Shown piece after piece: positions 57,614 to 64,000 of a DNA stretch of 64,000 bases. Location: NCBI RefSeq assembly GCF_009914755.1, contig NC_060937.1. One strand, written 5' to 3'. The notes beneath the pieces were generated by a model. It was not told the origin of the DNA, did no database searches, and saw only the letters and a program-made list of their open reading frames with translations. Each line of letters begins with the position of its first letter. Position 1 is the first letter of the stretch. The stretch is from the human T2T-CHM13v2.0 reference genome, Homo sapiens. Position numbers and translations under genes: made by a program.

Positions 57614-60600
57614 CTGTAGAGGCTTATATTCTACGATCGTAAGATATTGACAATGAACTACCTTGCCGCCTGGTCTGATTCCATTATTCAATGTCTTTTT
57701 ATTTGCTATACATGGGATTTTTCTATCATCCTTATTTAATTCATCCAGAGAGGGCTGTTAAAAGTGCTGTGCTTGTTGTTCTTGCATCCAACCAGCACGG
57801 TTGGCCATGAAACATGGTTTGAAATTGAATTTCATTAATAGCTCAGCAGCCTATTAGTATCCCTTCTGTATGAATGCATGTCAGATTCATAGAGAACAAG
57901 CAGGGACCTGTCTTAGTTTGATCTCACAGACATCATCCCTTCTAAAATAAGGTAAAATGCTTAATCAAACCACAGGCCTTGATGCCTCCTCATTTCTGAA
58001 GACCCATACCCCAGGCATATGGGTTTGTCTCATTTTTAGATACACATAATAAAATGGTCATTCTGAAAGTTCATTCATGTGGGCCTGATACAACTGCTGA
58101 CACAGTGGGCTTGTATTCTTTTAGAACATGGGGCACAGTGGGTGTTTGCAACAGGCTCTATTTGCTAGTCAGCTCTCACAATGGATCACAGTCTAAGTCC
58201 TTTCACCCCAGGCTTCAAAATTGAAACATGAACCCTCTGAGAAATCTTTCATGTATTTCCTTTAAACTAGGCTGCAAAAATAATGAGCAATTAGCTCTTG
58301 TAATGATGCACTGCTGTTTAGATGAACGACTTGTAGATATTTCAAGTAGCCCATTTGGATCCTGGAGAAAAGAAAAGAAGTCTACCTAGGAAGAGCCTTC
58401 CTATTTAGTCTTCAAAGTCGTAGGTTGCTCACCACCAAGCTGAGCTTCTGAATAAAATGGTTGCTTTTAGCCTCTATAAAATGTTGGCACCCTGTCAGAA
58501 TCATGTTTTTCAAGTTTCATTTCCTAGTGCCAAATTTTCATGCTATGTAACTTTTTAGGTAGCCTCCAAGAAAAGTCAAAACTTTAATATCAAAAACTAT
58601 CTTCCTGTTCTACAGATTTAGTTTGATTAAACAGGTTTGTAGCTTTTAAAGTATGTAGGATTTTCATTAAAAAAAAAAAAATTGAAACTCAACCCTTGAT
58701 CCCTTTCTCTGAAAGCTAGTCAAGGGTACATCTGTTAGCTGATTATTTTTGTTTGTGTGTTTGTTTGTTTTCCTACCAACATGAAAAAAAACCCACAATA
58801 CATCTAGATCATATTAGATTTAATACATCTGAAATATCTGAAACACGTTTTCCCAGTTCATAGAGTTTGGTTATCCATGATTAATGGATCAAGTTTACTT
58901 TGATTTTTTTTTCCATTTTGTAAATGGTGGGAACTCTTCTAGAAAGCTCTAAAATTCCAATATGAGCTTTTAACCAGTATAAAGTCTCAGAGTGGAAATA
59001 TTTTTCAGGCATAAATAGTCTTATTGCCAGAAACCAATTCCTTATGGTGAGTAAAGATTATTCACCTCTAATGTTGGATAAATAGTGCTTCAAAATAAGG
59101 TTTTACGACAAAAGGGCAAAGAGTTAAAAATGCTTTCTCTACTGACTCTGTAACTTCAACACATTACTTAACCTCTTTAAGTTACATAATTAAATAATTA
59201 AATTAACTTGGTGAGGCAAACATTGGTACAATTATTTATTAACACCTTGGATCAGATTAGTTTATCAGATCCCTAAGACTATTATAGAAAAAATAAAACG
59301 GGACACTGATAAGAAAATCTTAAAGGAAAAAGGGAAAAAAATGCTTAGAACATGGGGCATAAGAGACCAACTCTGAATGATGTACCCTAACAGATTATTA
59401 GTAACTAGAAAGCAGAGGCTCTCATGAGACATCAAGCTTCTTTTCATCAGAATCTATGTGTTTTCAACTTTACCTAACACATGATACATCATTCAATTGC
59501 AAGCACCTAGCATTTAGCAAGAACTCAAACTTTACTGAATAAAAATTTATGACATTTTGTCTATGGAGTCATGAGTACACTGAGTAATATTAGGTACAGA
59601 AAGTAGAATAAGATGCTATAGACAGAGTTTTCATATATTTTTTCCATCATATTCCTTCACACATTCTGGTTTATGGCTTCCTTTCTGTGAGTGTATAAAA
59701 AAGGCCAGTCTTTAGTATCTGCCAAATTCTCCCTAGAATCTTATTCTGCTTGGACCAGAAACCAGTTTAGTACTCGCCGCCCCTAAATTGCTGATGAGAG
59801 CAGAACGTCCAGGGTAGAAAGTCCTGTTTGAAGCCCTGTACCACGCCAGGATAGTAGGGAAGGCACAATCTAGAAATGTTAATGGCTCAAAGATACAACA
59901 TAGGAATTGGAGGAGAGAAGTTCCCTACATACCAGGCTCTATGTTTTTTGTAAATCTATTTTATCCTCTCCAGGGGATGATTCAGTATGAATGACATAAT
60001 TCTCATTTCTGCAAAGCAGGAATATATTTCTAGTGAAGGATTAAGGACTAAGAAAATTAGAAACACTCCAGGAGCTGAAGAGGGTGGGAAGTTAATAGAT
60101 GGCTGGTAATGCAGAGATCAGAACAAAAGGCCTGGGGGGATTATGAGTCTAAAGACCACTTCATCAAAAATTTGAAGTGAGGAGAATCTATCAAGTAGGA
60201 AGGCAACAGAACCATTTATTCAGCTCATAAAAGAGACTTTAGATGATTCTTGTTGAGATTTTCTAAGCAAAAAACTTGTAGTGAGGGCACAGCAAAAACT
60301 GTACACATGGGGAATCAAACAGAATAGTAAATCCACCATTTTTGTGCATGGCAGGGCTTTAATGTTAGCAAATTTCCTGAAAAAGAGGGTACAAGGCCCA
60401 CAGGCTCCTTTTTCTGCCCCTAGTAATGATCTCATGCATGCCAGAGCTACAGGCGCTTAGAAGCACAGAATGCTTACACCTGGAAAATAAGTTTCTGGGT
60501 TCTCTAAGTTTTAAGTAGTGCATATCTTTCTTATTTTAGGTATGTTTGTTGGTGTCAAAATATTCATTTTTAAAGCCAAGTCCCCTGAGCAGTTTCAGTG

Positions 60601-60984
60601 CTATTTCCGTCCAACTGCTTACAAAATTTTTAATTTTTTTGTTTTTGTTTGTAATTTCAGCAAAGCAGCCACTTGAATGCCTCATTTTATCTAAACAAAA
60701 ACTCTTTAGAGTGAGCAGGCGGGAGCTGGACAGCGGCTTGCCCAGCTGTCACAAGCAGGCAGCTTCTCTGTGGAGCTCCGACTCTTCAGTCTCTCTGACA
60801 GCCTGTGATCCAAAGCTCTTTCCTGCTCAAATGGAGTTCCAATTCAAAGGGGAGCATATAACACTAAAACTATGGGATTATGGCAGAAAAAATACAAGTG
60901 GATAAATCTTCTCACCTGTCTCACAAATTTCTATTGTTTTCTACATTTCCAGAGGATGAAATGAGTAAGACAGAAGCAAACTGA

Positions 60985-61375
<391 letters not shown>

Positions 61376-62821
61376 AAAAGTGTGAAACTCTTATACCCTA
61401 CCCTTGAACCTTGCTCCTGCTGAACTCTGAACATTTAGCTTTCACCCGTCTTTGACCATCTTGCCTAGGACCCTGCATTCCTATTGAATGTCATATGAAA
61501 ATAAAATGTGTATTTTCCATTTCAAACATGAATACCTTTGACAACTGAGGCACACCAATTTTTTTTTTCTTGTTTCTTCATATGTAAACAAGAAAACAAT
61601 AATGGTGATATGAGAAAGGTGATATCTTTGGGGTGATATCTTGAAAATTAAATTCACAGAAGTTACTCTTAAAAGGAAGTTAAGGCACTGTTTTTTTAAA
61701 ATGAGTGAGAAAGAAGTCTCATTTTATTTCATTAAAATTATATTAGCCTTTCTTCATTTAATTAGAGTCCATCATAAAAGGGAAGCCATCTGACCTCTGA
61801 GAGGACTACCTGGAAAGAGAAATCACTTTCCAACTACCATTGAAGACATATTCTATAAGCTCAATTATTGGAAATTTTCTTTAAAAGAGAAAGTCTAAGT
61901 CAATCAAATTTCTCTAATTGCCTCCTCAATGGTCTCTACTAGCAACAGATGAAAAAACAGATGAAGTTGACGTATTAAAAAGAGAAATGTCTGTTTTGTC
62001 CTTTCAAATCTGCTTTCGACAATTTCACATTGAGTACTGTTTCACTTTGAGAGCAAGTGTCTAAAATGGCAGGTGTGACATTGAGACACCCACCGTAGGA
62101 GCTGACTGATGACAAAGACTGTACAACATAGAATTTTTATTTTCTTCATTTTTCTGCCAGTCTGAAGTCAGATTGACCTTTTATCCCTCTGGTTTTTACC
62201 CTTAAACTTTTTTGTCTCATTAAAGAAGTTATTCTAATTTTAATGATTAAGCCTTTTTATAAAGTTAAACGTGTTTACAGGAAAGGGATCTTGAATTCCA
62301 AATGAGAATGTCTCAGACCTAAGGAGAAAGAGGTCAAATTCTGAAATCAGATTAGAATCATCCTATCTATCACAGTGTTCTCTTTATCCTTCTACACTGT
62401 TGTCCAGTCTCTAAGCAGAATGAGCTCTGCCTAATAAAAATCCTCCAAGGGGCACTGCAACAGGAACTTGATTAAAAATACAGGCTGAGATTTCAATTAC
62501 ACATGGGCCACTAATTAGTAAAACGTTCTTTACTTTTGTGTTTTAATGTTAATATTTATTAAACCTCTTTAATATTTTAATTTTTTTATTTTTCTCTGTT
62601 CTATTGTACTCATGAGGGTCTTATTTATTTGCTAAATCTTGTCCTTTTTATATTTTAGAATACTGGGAAATCCTAAGATATAAAAGTTAAACACTCAGCT
62701 CATATGTCATCTTCTTCAGTTGGCTCTCTTCCCTTATCTGCTCACAGACAGGGAACAACAGTCGTTTGGCTTCCTTGATAAGTGCTTTCACTCATGACAA
62801 GGAGGTGGTTATTAGCAGAAT

Positions 62822-63036
62822 TTTCAGAGTTCAAGTGCCTAGGCTCAACTTGTAGATTGCCCAATCACAGGTTGCATTGTGTGATAGTGAGCAAATCCAT
62901 TTATCTCCACCTGTTTTCTTTATTACTAATTTACGTGTAATAATAATAAAGTGTATCTCACAGAGATGTTGTGATGAGCTAAGATATTCTAATTAAAGCA
63001 CTTAGTGTAGTGTGTCACACCTGTGAAGTACTAAAA
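62822..63036 (+). mobile_element. MIR (MIRb-like)
   Basis: tgtgtgatagtgagcaaatc...taataataataaagtgtatctcacagagatgttgtgatgag...aaagcacttagtgtagtg. Confidence 0.7.
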
Positions 63037-63449
63037 CTGGATTTTGTTAATTAGCTTGAAGTGTGGGTAAATGGTATTGATACAGACTTGGGGATCTCAA
63101 GTGCAGTGTGTGCTCTATAAATATGTAATCAATTAAAGGTAATTCAACTCATGCGGTAGAGCAAGCCTAGAAAATGAGGCATTGGGCAACCACCTGGTGC
63201 CCAAAGTGTCTGTGTAGGAAGTTTGTATCACGTGCTTTGGAAATAATACACTGTGAAAAATAAGACTCAAAAAGGTGGAAGATAAAAATTATTTACCAAG
63301 TTCAGTTTTGTTGTAGGGGTAATGGATGACAATATTTTGTGATACAAATAAATGATTAAACATGCTATAAGAGTAAATTATATTTATTGTTTTCTTATTA
63401 GGTTCCAGATATGTTTAAAATACACTATAATTTTAATAAAATTATTACA

Positions 63450-64000
63450 GGTATTGTGTTAGGGTTCTCTAGAGGGACAGAACTAATAGGATAGATGTAT
63501 GCATAAACGGGAGTTTATTAAGGAGTATTGACTCTCACAATCAGAAGGTGAAGTCCCACAATAAGCCATCTACAAGCTGAGGAGCAAGGAAGTCAGTCTG
63601 AGTCCCAAAACCTCAAAAGCAGGGAAGCTAACAGTGCAGCCTTCAGTCTGTGGTCCAAGGTCCAAGAGCCCTTGGCAAACCTACTTTTCACACTAGTGTA
63701 AGTCTCCGCTGAAGAACTTGGAGTCTGATGTTCGACGACAGGAAGCATCCAGCATGGGAGAAAGATGAAGGCCGGAAGACTCAGCCACTCTAGTCCTTCC
63801 ACATTCCTCTACCTGCTTTTATTCTAGCAGAACTGGCAGTTGATTACATGGTGCCCACCCAGATTGAGGGTGGGTCTGCCTCTCCCAGTCCACTGAATGG
63901 AATGTTAATCTCCTTTTGCAACACCGTCACAGACACACCCAGAAACAATACTTTGCATCCCTCAATCCAATCAAGTTGACATTCAATATTAACCATCACA
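63450..64000 (-). mobile_element. MLT2A2-type HERVL solo LTR
   Basis: agggttctctagagggacagaactaataggatag...ggagtttattaaggagtattgact...caatccaatcaagttgacattcaatattaaccatcaca. Confidence 0.9.

Noticed and set aside
59774-59792. CTCF-like motif cgccgcccctaaattg
   Set aside because: Lacks the conserved second half of the motif (...CCCTxGTGG)
60728-60735. REST/RE1 site
   Set aside because: Only the right half (ggacagcg) is present; the left TCAGCACC half is absent

Overview
This is AT-rich primate nuclear DNA, almost certainly human: it carries an AluYa5 insertion with intact subfamily-diagnostic bases and a perfect 14-bp target-site duplication (TSD). It reads as gene-poor intergenic or deep intronic sequence. 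I see no supportable protein-coding gene, RNA gene, CpG island or CRISPR array. The listed ORFs are Alu-, L1- or microsatellite-derived, or chance ORFs. The window is a mosaic of about 9 Alus plus a free Alu monomer, young and old L1 fragments, L2, MIR, MaLR/ERVL/ERV1 solo LTRs and DNA transposon remnants (MER20, MER33, MER47-like). It also holds a decayed ~5.5 kb class III (ERVL-like) proviral interior on the minus strand, with recognisable RT, RNase H and integrase motifs and a probable env immunosuppressive-domain remnant. The most unusual structures are (i) a 119-bp, ~97% identical inverted repeat enclosing a nested palindromic AT-rich tract (45741-46763), (ii) a (TA)n-rich insertion in the ERV integrase that carries a copy of sequence from 1.7 kb away, (iii) a perfect 183-bp tandem duplication with 5-bp microhomology, and (iv) several atypical L1 insertions (tail-less internal fragment, candidate 3' transduction, twin-priming inversion). 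I found no convincing novel biological system. Repeat subfamily names come from my recall of consensus sequences and boundaries of old repeats are approximate; both need RepeatMasker/Dfam confirmation.
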